The notes below the pieces were generated by a model. That model was not told where the DNA came from. It did not search any database and worked only from the letters and a program-made list of their open reading frames with translations. Made by a program: the position numbers and the translations under genes. DNA of 62,893 nt, filler included, from Diploschistes diacapsis (lineage: Eukaryota), in NCBI GenBank assembly GCA_023645945.1. It is 10 parts of 10 records of this genome, joined end to end, with 100 filler letters (N's around TTAATTAATTAA, not from the genome) between each part and the next. Parts side by side here need not be neighbours in the genome. Positions count along the whole stretch, not along the records: positions 1 to 23,717 come from JALAIB010000257.1; 9 more parts are not named here. One strand, 5' to 3'. This document shows, piece by piece, positions 1 through 11,897 of the stretch. How positions within the stretch are numbered: the first letter of the stretch is position 1; every line of letters starts with the position of its first letter.

Positions 1-876
1 CTCGTGGTTCGAGGGTGGAGGGGAGGGTGTGTGGTGTGCGGTATGGTATGGGAAACGGGGTTGCGGTTTTGAATTAAAGAACTCGGTCCAGCTTTTCCGT
101 TCACTAACCTTCGTCTCGACCCATGGGGGGGCCACCGAGTCGCTTTTATATAACTCATCTCTCTTCTGCCTCCTGTCTCTCCTCTCCCTCCTCTCCGGAC
201 CTCGCGCAAAACAATCTTAAAGCCCACGGGATTATCCCCTTCATAGATGCTGCTTTTGATACCTCTCACCATCGTTCCCCCTCTCTTTCAGGGGAACCTG
301 TGTGGCAACTCCAGTTCGTCGCCTTATAAGTCCCTTGCAAACGCGATGAGTAATGCCAGTTAGCAGGGGCGGGGCTCGTTTCCGTCCATGTTCTCGCTGC
401 TTGCTCGGTGCCGAGGAATGGGGGTTTGAAGGGGGTTGTATGGGATGTGGGGTCGGATAGGTACGGATATAAAACCGATCGGGTTTGGGGGGGGATTGAG
501 GCGTCGTTGAAGAGATCATTAGGCTGCAAGGGGTCCGTGGAATATTCCTTTGGCGTAGGAATGCATGATGCAGCATTGAGAAAGGTCGACTATGGAAATC
601 GAAGCTCGTTTTGTGACATGCACGGTGCTTGGTGCTGTCTGAAGGGTTGCGCCATACCACTCGCATTATTCAAATACCCAGGCTGAGCATCAACATTCGG
701 GTTAATAGATATATAAATATAATATGGGACATGTCGCTTTTGCCATCCATGTTCGCTCGTATAGTTGTGGTTTCTGAATTTACGTATAAGACCATTTCAG
801 ACCCCACCTTTGTCCAACGCTCATCCAGATGTGAAATGGGGGCTGAAATGCGCCTCGTTGATCATCTTCTTACATC

Positions 877-3647
877 TCAAAATCCTCCAGTGTATCCGTG
901 AAACGGATTGCTCTTGTCGCCAGCCAGAGTATGCAGCGCCCGACTCCCGGTCCTTGCCATTGGAGTTCTGTCTTTCAGGAGTCTCTCAACGATTCGATGC
1001 TTTTTAACTTGAGCATGATCCAGGCAAGTGCTGCCGCTCTTGCTCATCGCGTTGTAGTTGGCACCCGCCTCCAGCAAACACTCGACTAGCTGGATCGAGC
1101 CATTGTGACATGCAGCGATCAGTGGCGTCCAAGCGTGGAGATCTGCCTTCTCGAGGTCCGCTCCCGCCGCCATCAGCATCATGGCATCGCTACTATAATT
1201 TTCCTTTGCAGCGATGAAGAGTGCCGTCTCCCCTTTGTGGTTCTGCGCGTCGAGTACGGAGAGACAGGAGGTGGACGCGACCAGGAGCGAGATGCAAGCC
1301 GTGCGTCCCTCGCGTGCAGCAGACATGAGCGGAGTGTTCGAGTGGTCATCGGATATGCTTGGATCGGCGTGGTAGGAGAGAAGGAGAGACACAGCATCCG
1401 CGTGGCCTTTCCCAGCAGCGAGTTTCAGAGCTGTTTGACCGAAACTGTCGCAAGCATTGGGGTTGGCGCCAGAGTTGAGAAGGATGCGCAGGACCTCCGT
1501 GTCGTTGGCAACGTGCAGAGGATTTACTCTACGAACAGTGTCGCATGCCGCCTTGATCGCGTCCGGCCGAAACAGGCGAACAATCTCCGCGAGGCCGAGC
1601 TTCGAAGCCAACAGAAGAGGTGTTTGCCCCTTTCCGTCAACTCGATCTGCAATAGCGCCGTGGTCCATGAGCGAGCGAGCAATAGTGACTTTTCCCTCGG
1701 TAATTGCGAGCATGAGGGGACTCGGGCTGCCCTTTGGGAAGTCGTTCGGGTCGGCCTTTTTCTCCAGCGATTGTTCCTGGAAATAAAACTTTCTACGCGC
1801 CCGAAAGGTGCGCCCCTGGAGCAGCATATTGACCGTTCGATCGGAGCCTTCCTTGATCGCTTGATGCAGAGCCTTGTTGGCGTCGAAATCTCCAGCAAAG
1901 CCCCAAGACTCGAGCGTACTCAGAGGGTCCTGCTCGTTGCTGGAACTTGAAACAATAACGCTGGAAGGCATACTGAGTCTTCTGCGTGTGCTTGATACTT
2001 CCGTTGTACTTGAATCCGTCGCTGTTGGGTGAGCCTTGGTCGGTGACCTCAGGTCCCTGGAAGTTTTGCTCCTGAACGCTGCGAAAGGCTTGGGCTTTCT
2101 TATCTTAGGTTCCACCTCGAAAGTGTTATGCCTCGGGGGTTGGGTGGATGGCCTGGGTAACGAAACCGACGCCTGTTCTTGATGTTGCGCGGGGAGTCCC
2201 TTCCGTAGGGCCTCCGCAAGCAATCTGTCGCCCAGCTGATCGTATACCTTGGCCATGAGCGATACAGCATCATAATGCTGCTCAGAAGAGTCACCCCATT
2301 TGTCGGCAAAACCGTTTGCTGCCTTCTCGCTGAACTTGAGAGCTTCGTCCAGGTCATTCTTCGCCAAGCAAACCTCCCCAAGTTTCAGGTAGCAGAGCAA
2401 AGCAAGTTCCAAATCGTCCGAATCCTCATCCATGACCAAGGTTTGGAAATGTCCCTCAGCTTTCGCAAGTTCTCCCTTCCGAAGACAAATGGAACCCAAT
2501 TTGAAGTACACCTCGTTAAGATCCAAAAGGGCTAGAGCATCGGGACTGAGGTTTGACACCTGAGCCAGAGCGCTATCGAAGCACTCGCCTGCTTGAGCCC
2601 AATTCTCTAGGCTGTACTGTTTCGTGCCATCGCTGATGAGCGTTTTCGCCACTTTCACCATGATGTTGAACCCGGTGGGAGCTGCACGGTCCGGGAGAGA
2701 CGTGTTTATGGATGGTCTATTCCTATCGTGTCTGGCCGGTTCAAGGGAGTTTTCATCATCAGTCGGCACTGTCGATGTTCCGGAGGTTGAAGGTCTGTCG
2801 CTAGTCGAAAGAGCTTCGTCGTGTTGAGCCTTCCGAATACGTTGTACCCAGCGCGTAACATCTTCGTTGCCCTCTGACGAAGAGCTGCCGCAAAGCGACA
2901 TCGAGACAAAGCCGTCTCGGCTCTCGGCTAGACTCTCAGCGTACGCCGATTCCAACATCTCTTTGGCGGTCTTCTTCAGTATTGTGCGGCCGCTTGTCTC
3001 CATTGGCGAATCGACTGGTCGTAGCGACACTTGGTCCAGTGCAAACCGCATTTGGTTTGCTAGCTCAAGCAAAGGATTGTCCTGCGGCCGTGCTGGTTGC
3101 TCCGGTGCCTGAGGGGCCTCGGAGCATACGAACCTGGGGCCAAAATGTCAGAAAGGTTTGAAGTTGCAACTATACGGGGGAAATCATACCAGCCAACGAT
3201 AGTGAGGGAAAGGATGAGGTTGAGCTTGTATTCTTTGATTTTTGAACGGCACTCCTCGAAGTTTCGACGTTGCTGGCGAAGTCTTATGGCTTGTTGCGTG
3301 CTTTCGATCACCCCACCGCTCCCGCCATCGGCTCCGCGCACGCGTCCCAAGATGTTGAAGAGCGTCTTGAGCGAAGAATCGCAGCCGGCGACGGACCGAT
3401 TGACGGCTTCAAGAACGTGCTGTCGTTGGTTCAGGCCGGTGGAGCGGGATTGTATCTGCTCAAGGCTGTCTTGTATTGCTTTCAGGACGCAATCCAGGTT
3501 CTCGACCTCCATCTTTATCTCGTTCAATGACTCGTCCGCTCTTTGAACTTCGTGTATGAAATCGATGATTGCCTTGATAACCGTTGTGCACGCCGTGATG
3601 GCTTCTCCAGTGGCCTCGACGATACTAATTACGGATGCTGGATCCAT
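877..3647 (-). CDS. HeLo-like/fungal STAND N-terminal domain + TPR + ankyrin-repeat protein (~904 aa; exons 3647-3190, 3133-877)
   Basis: ORF 3060-3647 starts MDPASVISIVEATGEAITACTTVIKAIIDFIHEV, typical of fungal NLR N-terminal helical domains. A 56-nt intron 3189-3134 (GTATGA...CTGAC...CCCCAG) joins it in frame to ORF 877-3072. That ORF has TPR-like helices (YFKLGSICLRKGELAKAEGHFQ; YLKLGEVCLAKNDLDEALKF) and many ankyrin repeats (GQTPLLLASKLG, GQTALKLAAGKGH, GETALFIAAKEN, WTPLIAACHNG). Confidence 0.85.
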
Positions 3648-4473
3648 GGTGTGCTAATGCGTTTTTCGCGACGATGTACCGGAGGTGGAACTAAGTGTAT
3701 ACAAGATGTGTATACAAGATGTGTGTAAACTCAGAGCGTAATTATCACGGCTTGTTGACTGGTAGTTTGAGCTTCAGAGCATCAACGCAATCGCGCACTA
3801 GCAGGTGCAAAAGATCGGACGAACTAGATCCGACGGCTGGGAAATAGGCGGCATAAGCTTAGAAACAGAGGGCACAGGGAGACGTAATACAAGCATGAAA
3901 GCTGTAAGGGAAGAGAGCACCTTGATTGGTTATTTCACAAAGGGTGATCCTGAAGAGAAGCAGCACCCCTAGAATGAGTAGTGAATAGTAGATTGTAAAC
4001 AGTGTAAAGGTGGAACAAGGAATAATATGTAGAACAGTTCGCGTCTGGGTCCGCAGAGCCTCCCGAAGTGCAAGTTCGGGAAACTCTACCTCCAATATGG
4101 GTAACATCATGAAATAGAAGCGATTACGAATCAAAGGGTGTGTGTGTGTGTTGGGCACAATGTGGCTACTTGCCAGCAAGTTACAACTCAAATTGGAAAG
4201 GCATTAATAAATGATAAAATAAAGTAGGGGGTGGAGAAAGTCTCTCATACTTCTGCCAAGCAAATGCCTTGTTTTGCCCTTTGCCTTGCCTTGCCCGGCC
4301 TGTGCTTACGAGTTCTGAATAGGAGTTTTGAATCCGAGTTCTGAGTCCGATTGACCTGAGCTCGGCACTTCGAAGATTGGAAGACATCATGGCTCGGAAA
4401 GCTCAAGCTCAAGCTCAAGGGAATGCAGAGAGTCAAGGCCAGAAGGCACGAATGCATAGCGAAAGCGGAAGAA

Positions 4474-4557
4474 TGAAAGATGAAGATGAAGATGAAGATG
4501 AAGATGAAGATGAAGATGAAGATGAAGATGAAAATGAAAATGAAAATGAAAATGAAA
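4474..4557 (+). repeat. Hexanucleotide microsatellite (GATGAA)n grading into (AATGAA)n
   Basis: Tandem array read directly from the sequence. Confidence 0.95.
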
Positions 4558-5139
4558 CCAAAAAGATGAAAATTCAATTCGATCAACTGGAAGGGTTGAA
4601 ATGGGGTAAGCGAGAGTACTAACCCGAAATGGAGAGGGTGTCCCTTTAACTTTGACGTACAGAAGAATAGGCCAGGCCAGTGTCCCAATTGCCAGACCCC
4701 TTGGATGCCCCCCTGCTCCTCCTCCACCTCCTCGAACCAGCTTGGGGGTTTGGGGAAAGCTAGCGTACTAGGTATTCAGCACAGGTACTGCTGCTGGGTA
4801 GGCATGTTAGTAGTTGGCTCATATCAAGAGCTGTACAAGTACAATAAATCGAAATGAGTGCCACAATTCTTAACCACTTGAAAACACTGGCCTCTTTTGC
4901 CAATCTCTGCCCCTGTCTTGGAATGTGCCACGGTGGAAGATGCCCCCCTCTTTAGGTTTATTCAAAACTAGTCAAAAACTTGACAGTCCAATAGGCCGAA
5001 GTGGGAACCCGTAGGTATCTGCTCATATGGCAAGCAATTCCGACCCCCCTCGGAATTCCTAAAGGTTCACCTGTTCAACTAAGCAGCCAGCCACACATTC
5101 GCTCAGCCTCCCATCCACGCACCCCTTCGACGCAAACCC

Positions 5140-5560
5140 CCTCCATTGGTGAATGCGACACTCCCGGATCATACTTGTCCTTGATATTGATTAGCCTGTC
5201 CACGTTGTGGCGGTAGTCTAGTTCGCTCCTCACTGGTAGGCAATAAGCAGTCGATACCGTCATGTCATCGAGCGTCACATTATGGGGTATGTGCGTGGCA
5301 TTCATCCACGATAGATCAGTGACAGACCTCGTGGACGAGGAAGCATTGGGTCTGACCATGCTCTCCGCTCACAGAACCCAAATCTTTCCCTAATGCCGAG
5401 GTCGGCAGGATAACGAGGGCAGGCGTCCTTCGAGTATTGTTATTCTCTCCAGTAACGGGCCGGCACCGTGAAGCTGCAGCGCTGGAGCCTCGGCGCGAAG
5501 ATGGCTGCGTTGGGAGAGAGCGGCTGGTTCAAGGTCTGCAAGGCGGTGTCGGTCTGGAAC
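5140..5560 (-). pseudogene. Remnant of a FAD-linked oxidase (berberine-bridge-enzyme-like C-terminus)
   Basis: YRHNVDRLINIKDKYDPG fits the BBE motif YxxNxxRLxxIKxKYDP. Upstream, PLSPNAAIFAPR...YW resembles the preceding 'ATAFPHR' region but is cut off by stops and frameshifts. Confidence 0.45.
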
Positions 5561-5911
5561 GCAGTTGCCTTGCACGACTCGTTGCGCACGCAGAAGGGGG
5601 TTTGAGGTCCCAGAGATCAGGGGGCCAGAGACATCCTCTCGCACACATCCACACTGACCCCAAGTCTAGGCAAACACAGTCCCCCCCTCCTTAAAAGGAC
5701 GTGTGGTTGTTTTTCAGGACCTGCATCTTTGCATAGCCTCTCTTTTGCCGATCACAAACCTGCCAAACCCACAAATCAGACACCAAAACGCTCCAGTTTC
5801 AAGTTAGAAGTCAGCCTCAAGATATTCGACTGATTCAAGGGATCAGGATCTCAAGTAAGATCCGCCATGGTGGGAAACTCTGATAATGGTGACTGTCCAT
5901 CTTCACGAATT

Positions 5912-6005
5912 TACCACCCAGAATAAAAAGGTTAGCGCCGATTAGTACGCCTTATTTTATATGGTGCCACAACTAATCAGCGCTAACCTTTTATTCTGGG
6001 GGGCA
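5912..6005. mobile_element. MITE-like inverted-repeat element, copy 1
   Basis: CCCAGAATAAAAAGGTTAGCGCCGATTAGT ... ACTAATCAGCGCTAACCTTTTATTCTGGG forms a ~30-bp imperfect inverted repeat; related copy at 47129-47249. Confidence 0.7.
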
Positions 6006-6707
6006 TTGAGATGCTCCCACGTGCATCAGCCTGCTTGGTGCTTGGTGGTAGTAGACGACCCTTGAGGATTTGCTAGATACAACGAGTCTATCCGGTGTTC
6101 CGAGTCCCGGTGTCGCCTACTATGCTATCATCTTCCAGACATCCTTTCAAATACATACTTGTTCAGCTGCTACAAACTAATCTACCTACCCTACAGAGCA
6201 CATTCAATACCTTTGTTCCCAATGCGGGGTCATGCAGGGACAAAGATGGGTTGACATCTTTTGCTCCCACGGCTATGTCTGAAGGTTCTGCCTTGGGCAA
6301 GTCCAGAATCGGGCCAGAGCCCATAGACCAGGACCGGCGTTTCCTTTCCTATGACCTGGAAATAAATATACTTTGGATTTGTTTAATTGTTTGTGCTTGC
6401 TATAGTAATGTGCACTTTCTCAAAATAACCGCTGCCCGTCCCTTCAACATGACCGGCGTGGCAGAAGCTGTAATAGTAGTATATGTGCTCTCGCACTATA
6501 CGTCAGGAAGGTTCCGGAAGTATCCGCTCCCGCTCTCTCTCTTTCCTGAGCACGACCCCTTTGAAGGAGAGTTAGTGATGCTCATATCATACCCATACCG
6601 CCCGAATACCGTAAACCCAGCATTCGTCTGCCCAGAACTCCATGCTACACTGGAACCAAAGACCCAATGCGTGTATGCCTCCTTTACCTGTTACGAAAGA
6701 AGCACCA

Positions 6708-8666
6708 CTAGATCGCCCAACTCCCCCTCCTAGCCCTGGCTCTCCAGTCCTTACGCCCGCTGTCTACCATCCGCGGCTGTTGTCTCGCCCATTCTCTGAT
6801 GTAAAGCCGGAGCGCCCACCATCGTCCACAGTTCCCCTTTACCTCCTCCTCTGCCCACCCCTCTCCCTCCGGAACCCCGATAAAGCCTTTGCTATTCATC
6901 CGTGCATCACCCTTTCTGATCTCCTCGACAGGGACGCGGCTGATCTTGCTCAGCTCGTCGTCAAACTTCCGTGCCAGAGCTGGGTAGCCGAGGGAGAGGT
7001 AGTTGTAGAGCTGGGTAACGAAGGAATCCGGGTACTCGTCATCCAGAGACGATTCGATAGTTCGAACTGCGTCCATGTTGGCAAGTGCTTGGTGTTGCTG
7101 CTTTACCGGCCTTGGACATGGACATGGAGACGATGGAAGGACGTGCGCTGGGAAACGTGAGATATGTGGTGACCGATCCTCCTGCTCTACACGGGGCGTC
7201 ATGATGCCCGTCTGCATCTGTGATTTGTGTGGCACAGAAAGATTATCCGTTTCGTGCTTCGGTGCGTTGCAGAGCCCAGCCCAGAGTGCCGGACCGAGGG
7301 CAGAGACGGAGGCGAAAGCGGAGGCGGAGTTCTTGTGTGTGGCGGTTGGCGAACGACCACGGCCGGGAGTCCAGAGACCACTGTGTTGTCGCGGCTTGGG
7401 CTCGCCGCCCCACCCGGTGCGGCAACGCGGTTTTTGCGTCGCATCGATCATGGTGTGCTGAGGGGACATAGCTTCAACGAACACCAAGTCGCTGCCGAGC
7501 ATTGGCGGGCTTGCGGCGGAGCGCATCTTTGTAAGCTCGTTAGCATCACGAACGTGGCCGCCCATGTGCTCGTTCGGTTGCTCGCGCGGGAATGGGTTCT
7601 GCACAGCTTTGAGGTTGTAAGGGTCTTGCCAGGGATCGCTTATGGGTTCATCTTTCTTCGGGGCGGTAGAATCAGCTAGCCTTTGCCTCCGCCTCTGCTC
7701 TTCTAGCTTCTCCTTGTGCTTTGGCATCTCGACCAAGTCCCAACCGGTCGCAGACATTCGACGTTGCATAGCGTCGGCAACGTCGAGGATTTCGCTCATC
7801 CCGTCGTGGCCATAGTCATCCGAGTCCTCGCTATCGCGCCCAAAAGCAAAATGGTCGACAGGCTGATCAAACCGTTCGTTAGGGAAGGCAGCTAAGGCTT
7901 GCTCTCGCAGCTGTTTCTTAGCCGCCTGTGCTGCCAGAGCAAGAAGGTATCCTGAGAATTTCTCGTCGCAGGACTCGCGCAGCCGGCGAGCTTGTTTCTG
8001 CGCCTCGCTCCCGTCTGATGTGGCAGAAGGCGTCGTTGACAGCGAGGGCACTTCGGATTCATTGGACTTGTCACTGTACCCTGGCGATGCGATGGGCGCT
8101 AATTGTGGGACACGAAACGAAGCTTGACGCGGAGCCTTCTTGCTCAAATTTGCGAACGAGAATCGGGATTCAGGAGGCCGCGTGGTCTGCTTCGGGGTTC
8201 GCTGAGCAGGTATGTTCTGAAGTGGCCTCTCAGACGATGACGACTGAGCAAATCTCATGTCTCGAGGGAGATGCACCCTGTCCCCAGGCGACAGGTCCGT
8301 CTTGTCTGTATGCTGCATGGCTGGCGCCGTGTCCCCCCTCTTCCTCGTCCGCTTTGCCGTTTCTACAAGCTGCGGCGTGAAACGCCGTGATCCCGAGCCG
8401 CTCGCGGAGGCCGGTACAGTATATGTTTCCTCCGCTGGCCCATTTCGCTGCGGATCTGCATGGTTTCCGCCTCTTCGGTGACTTCTTTCGCTTGTCTCTT
8501 CCAACTGGGGCACAAACTTCCGGCGTGGAGTCGACCCGTTGGCCTCTGTACTCTCTCCCCTAGGCGTGGAAGCATGGTGATGTTTGACAGTGGTCTCGAC
8601 CGGCTGGACGGGGAAGCGTCGCACAGGGGCTGGTGACTGGCTCTGCTCCTGAGCTGGTTCGGTCAT
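6708..8666 (-). CDS. Conserved Pezizomycotina hypothetical protein (652 aa, largely disordered, conserved C-terminal block)
   Basis: Long ATG-initiated ORF with repeated RRFxP(Q/V)xxET motifs and the C-terminal block FVTQLYNYLSLGYPALARKFDDELSKISRVPVEEIR...RWWALRLYIREWARQQP...RRGSWAI that I recognise from uncharacterised fungal proteins. Confidence 0.8.
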   Translation of the reverse strand: MTEPAQEQSQSPAPVRRFPVQPVETTVKHHHASTPRGESTEANGSTPRRKFVPQLEETSERSHRRGGNHADPQRNGPAEETYTVPASASGSGSRRFTPQLVETAKRTRKRGDTAPAMQHTDKTDLSPGDRVHLPRDMRFAQSSSSERPLQNIPAQRTPKQTTRPPESRFSFANLSKKAPRQASFRVPQLAPIASPGYSDKSNESEVPSLSTTPSATSDGSEAQKQARRLRESCDEKFSGYLLALAAQAAKKQLREQALAAFPNERFDQPVDHFAFGRDSEDSDDYGHDGMSEILDVADAMQRRMSATGWDLVEMPKHKEKLEEQRRRQRLADSTAPKKDEPISDPWQDPYNLKAVQNPFPREQPNEHMGGHVRDANELTKMRSAASPPMLGSDLVFVEAMSPQHTMIDATQKPRCRTGWGGEPKPRQHSGLWTPGRGRSPTATHKNSASAFASVSALGPALWAGLCNAPKHETDNLSVPHKSQMQTGIMTPRVEQEDRSPHISRFPAHVLPSSPCPCPRPVKQQHQALANMDAVRTIESSLDDEYPDSFVTQLYNYLSLGYPALARKFDDELSKISRVPVEEIRKGDARMNSKGFIGVPEGEGWAEEEVKGNCGRWWALRLYIREWARQQPRMVDSGRKDWRARARRGSWAI

Positions 8667-9871
8667 GGCAGGCTCTGCGGTTGCATCGCCTTTGGTTGAA
8701 GGTTTTCAATGCTCCTAGTCTCTATCTAGAGAGGGACAGGTAACGAGAGGAAGGTGCTGGAGCGGAACTGAGTGTTTCCCTCGGCTTTAGTAAAAATAAA
8801 CACATGCACGGGCATCAGACCCAGGTGGTGCACTGATTCGGGCGAAGTAGGAAATGAACAATAAAGTACAAAGCCACAAGTGGGTGTGTGGTACCAACAC
8901 CGGGAGAGGCTAGAAACCTAAAGTGGACTGATGCCTGAAAGGGGAATTAAAAAACAGGTATATACTAGAAATACAGGTAGAAGAAAAAAGGATTAATAGG
9001 ATAGAAGAAACAATGAAGGTATAGGAGAAGAAGAGTTGGCATCGAAAAATTCCGAAGCGTTATCGTGACAGCCAGGGGGGTGGGGGGGGCCAGTAAGTAA
9101 GACAATTTCTGGGCCCCCGTCAACCAACCACCTGGAATTCGCTTTAAAGGGCAAAGGGGGGCAGCAGCAGCAGCGGCAGCCAGGCCCGGCCGGGGCACGA
9201 CTGAATGATAGATAGATACAACTCGAGGTGTTTATCTTTGACGGACTCGAACCATGCTACAAGTAAGAACTTAGTTTGGAAAACGGTGCTCGGGGATTCT
9301 TGGATGCGGGGGAACCGGTATAGTTAGTTGTGCAGAGAAGGAAGGGGGCGGTTGGCTACCTCTTTATGAGCGAGCTACCAGCGCGCGCGAATCAGAAAAA
9401 GCCCAGCCAAGGCTCACGCGACAGCACCGGATCTCAAATGTCGCTACAGCCCCATTGAATAGGAACAATATCGACCAAATTCTCGCGAGCTAAGTATCCA
9501 TCGCTCCCAGATCCCTTTTCGCAAAAGGAACGCCACGTGACTCATTCCCGTCGTCGCTCGGGGGTTGCTATGATACGTCAAGGTAAGGGCTGGAGGCACA
9601 CCGTGCGAGCAAACAGACTCGAACAGCAGCAAGCGACCAAGAACCCGAACAAGAACAACAAGTAAGCGAGGCCAGACTGTCCGCTTCGCTATGGCCCCCC
9701 CCCGTAGCCGTAGCCAAGCCGAGCACTCCGCTCCATTCATCTTCACCAGACGCCGGTAGCCATGTCGCCCGTAAAAAAGATGCAAGTACTATGTGCCTTT
9801 CAAACACCTTTTCACATATGCCAAGCGAGCTTGCTTCGGAAAATAAAAAGTAAAAAGATTCGGTCGGCCCT

Positions 9872-11897
9872 TCACTTGAGCCTTGCGCTCGCACTCCCGA
9901 CCCTCCCGCTCGTCTTCCGCACCCCGTTCTTGACCTCCCTGCTCTCCGGGCTCCTCCGGCCCGGCGTCCTGGTCTTCGACAGGCCAATCATGCCGCTGCC
10001 GCTGCCACTCTTCGAGCTGCCGAGGGTCTTCATCTTGGGTCTGTCTTCCGTCACGGCGGACTCGTGTCCCCAGTTCTCGACGTCGGACATGATCGCCTGG
10101 GCCGCAGCAATTTCGTCGTCGTAGTTGTAGGTAGTCGTCGTCGTCGTCGTGGTGTAGCTGACGGCCCTCTTCTTGTCCGCGCTGGTGGGCGAGCGCGAGC
10201 TGGTCCGGCGGCTGAGTCGGCGCAACTGCCATTCCTCTTCCGTCTCGCCATCCTTCTGCCCTTTGCTGCGGCGGTGCGTGTGCATCTCTATCACTTCCTT
10301 CTCTGGCTGCTGCTCGTCGTCGTCTTCGACGATACCAAAGCTAGCGGACTTGGCGCGCGCCTGCCGGGTCGGCGACAGACGGCTGGTCTTGCGCGGCTGG
10401 CCTGGCGTAGGTGCCGGGAGGCAGTCATCCATGGCCTGGGAGTTGCCGGAGCCTTCGTTGGGATTGATCTCTCCCAGCGCTGCGCGCTTGGCGCTACCAT
10501 GCGGAGGTGTAGCTGTCTGGCTGGCCATGGGTCTTCGGGCGGATCTGGTGGGCGTCGTAGGCATGAGGAGCGCCAGCTTCTCCTTGTAGCTGTCTTCCCA
10601 CCACCATTGACGGAAGGTGCCTTGGTTGAGGTGCAGCCAGTGCTGCTGTGGGCCGACGACCATGCCCGGTCGCATGAAGCGCATAAAGGCGATCAGGTCG
10701 TTTGCTGTGAAGCCGTAGCGGTAGATCAGGTAGGCGCCAATCAAACACCCCGTGCGGCCCAGACCCGCCTTGCAGTGAACGGCGATATTCTTCTTTTGCC
10801 GCGTTATCATCTCGTGCGCAAGCTTGATGAACTTTCTGACCATCCCAAGGGCTGGGTACGTTCCATCATCGAAGATCATGTCAACATGCTCAATACCGAG
10901 CGCAGTGAAGTAGGAAGGCGAGTAGAGCTCGGAGTTCAGACGAACAACAAGGCCGATGTTGCGCTCCTTGAAGTGGGCAAGGACGTTTTTGAATGGGGTG
11001 GGGATAAATGCACCATCGATTTCTTGGATGGAGTGTGGCAATAATTTGTACTCTGGCGAATTCGGAGATAACGCTGCAACTGGCTTGTGCTGTGGCGAAG
11101 CCAACGCGACGAAGTTGGGGGTTATCCAATTGAAGTCTCCCATGTCTACCCTCTCGTATCTCTCGTACCTTGTGGACTCCGTCAGTGCTGGGCTCGGCCA
11201 GCATGTATGGGGGAACTTACTCTTCTAGGCTGAAGTCTTTGAGACCGCAGAGTCCCTCCTCCTTGGCTTTCCAAACACCATATACTACGTCTTGTACCGA
11301 GAGTCCGTAGTCTGCCTGACTGTACCCTGCATCGCGGAATGGCATCAACGGTGGATCCACCTGGGAGATGGGCGCCAGGGCCAGATGAGGTGGCCACGAC
11401 TGGATCAGCACCATGTAGCATGCTAGCATACAAGCTGCATTGGCACGAGCGCGCGGGTCGGCTCTACTCCAGAATACAACTCCTCGCCCTTCGTTCTGGG
11501 GATCAGCTAGTATCTCGTGCAGCTGCACCGCAAATCGATAGAGGTGTCCGATGTGTAGTGGACCAAAATCCGCATGGAAGCGATTGTAGAGGAGACTGTC
11601 ATCAATGGTAAAGTACACCGGCGGATGCACCTTTGGCCCTGTCCCTGTCGATGTCTTGTGTGATTTTGAAGACCGCTTGCGCGGCGAAGTGGAGGCAGAT
11701 TGGTACGGGAACGGAGTCTCGTCGCTCGGGGCATGAGTGTATGCAGCAAGGTAGAGGCGGTCTGCGATTCCTTCAGTACGTGACTTTCAATTGAAGCGAA
11801 TCTGGGAGACAGAAATATCATCGCTGCATTCTAGGGAGAACGCACCTTGAATATACTCGATGACTTGACCATAGCTGGTGTTGCCTGCTTGGGCCAT
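9872..11897 (-). CDS. CDC14: Cdc14 dual-specificity protein phosphatase (exons 11897-11846, 11761-11221, 11168-9872)
   Basis: YGQVIEYIQDRLYLA, FHADFGPLHIGHLYRF, MPFRDAGYS, GDFNWITPNF, catalytic VHCKAGLGRTG and RPGMVVGPQQHWL. Both introns (GTGCGT...GCAG; GTAAGT...CTGAC...AAG) restore the frame. Confidence 0.97.

Noticed and set aside
1105..1950. Long antisense ORFs (also 10064-11044, 37732-38430, 38930-39658)
   Set aside because: Shadows of genes or low-complexity DNA on the opposite strand, with no recognisable motifs.
4245..4727. ORFs with poly-FI / poly-DE tracts
   Set aside because: Translations of a microsatellite.
10850..10875. Cdc14 FDDGTYP (Tyr where yeast has Cys) as an inactivating change
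   Set aside because: The general-acid Asp and the HCxxGxxR loop are intact, and this position varies among Cdc14 homologues.
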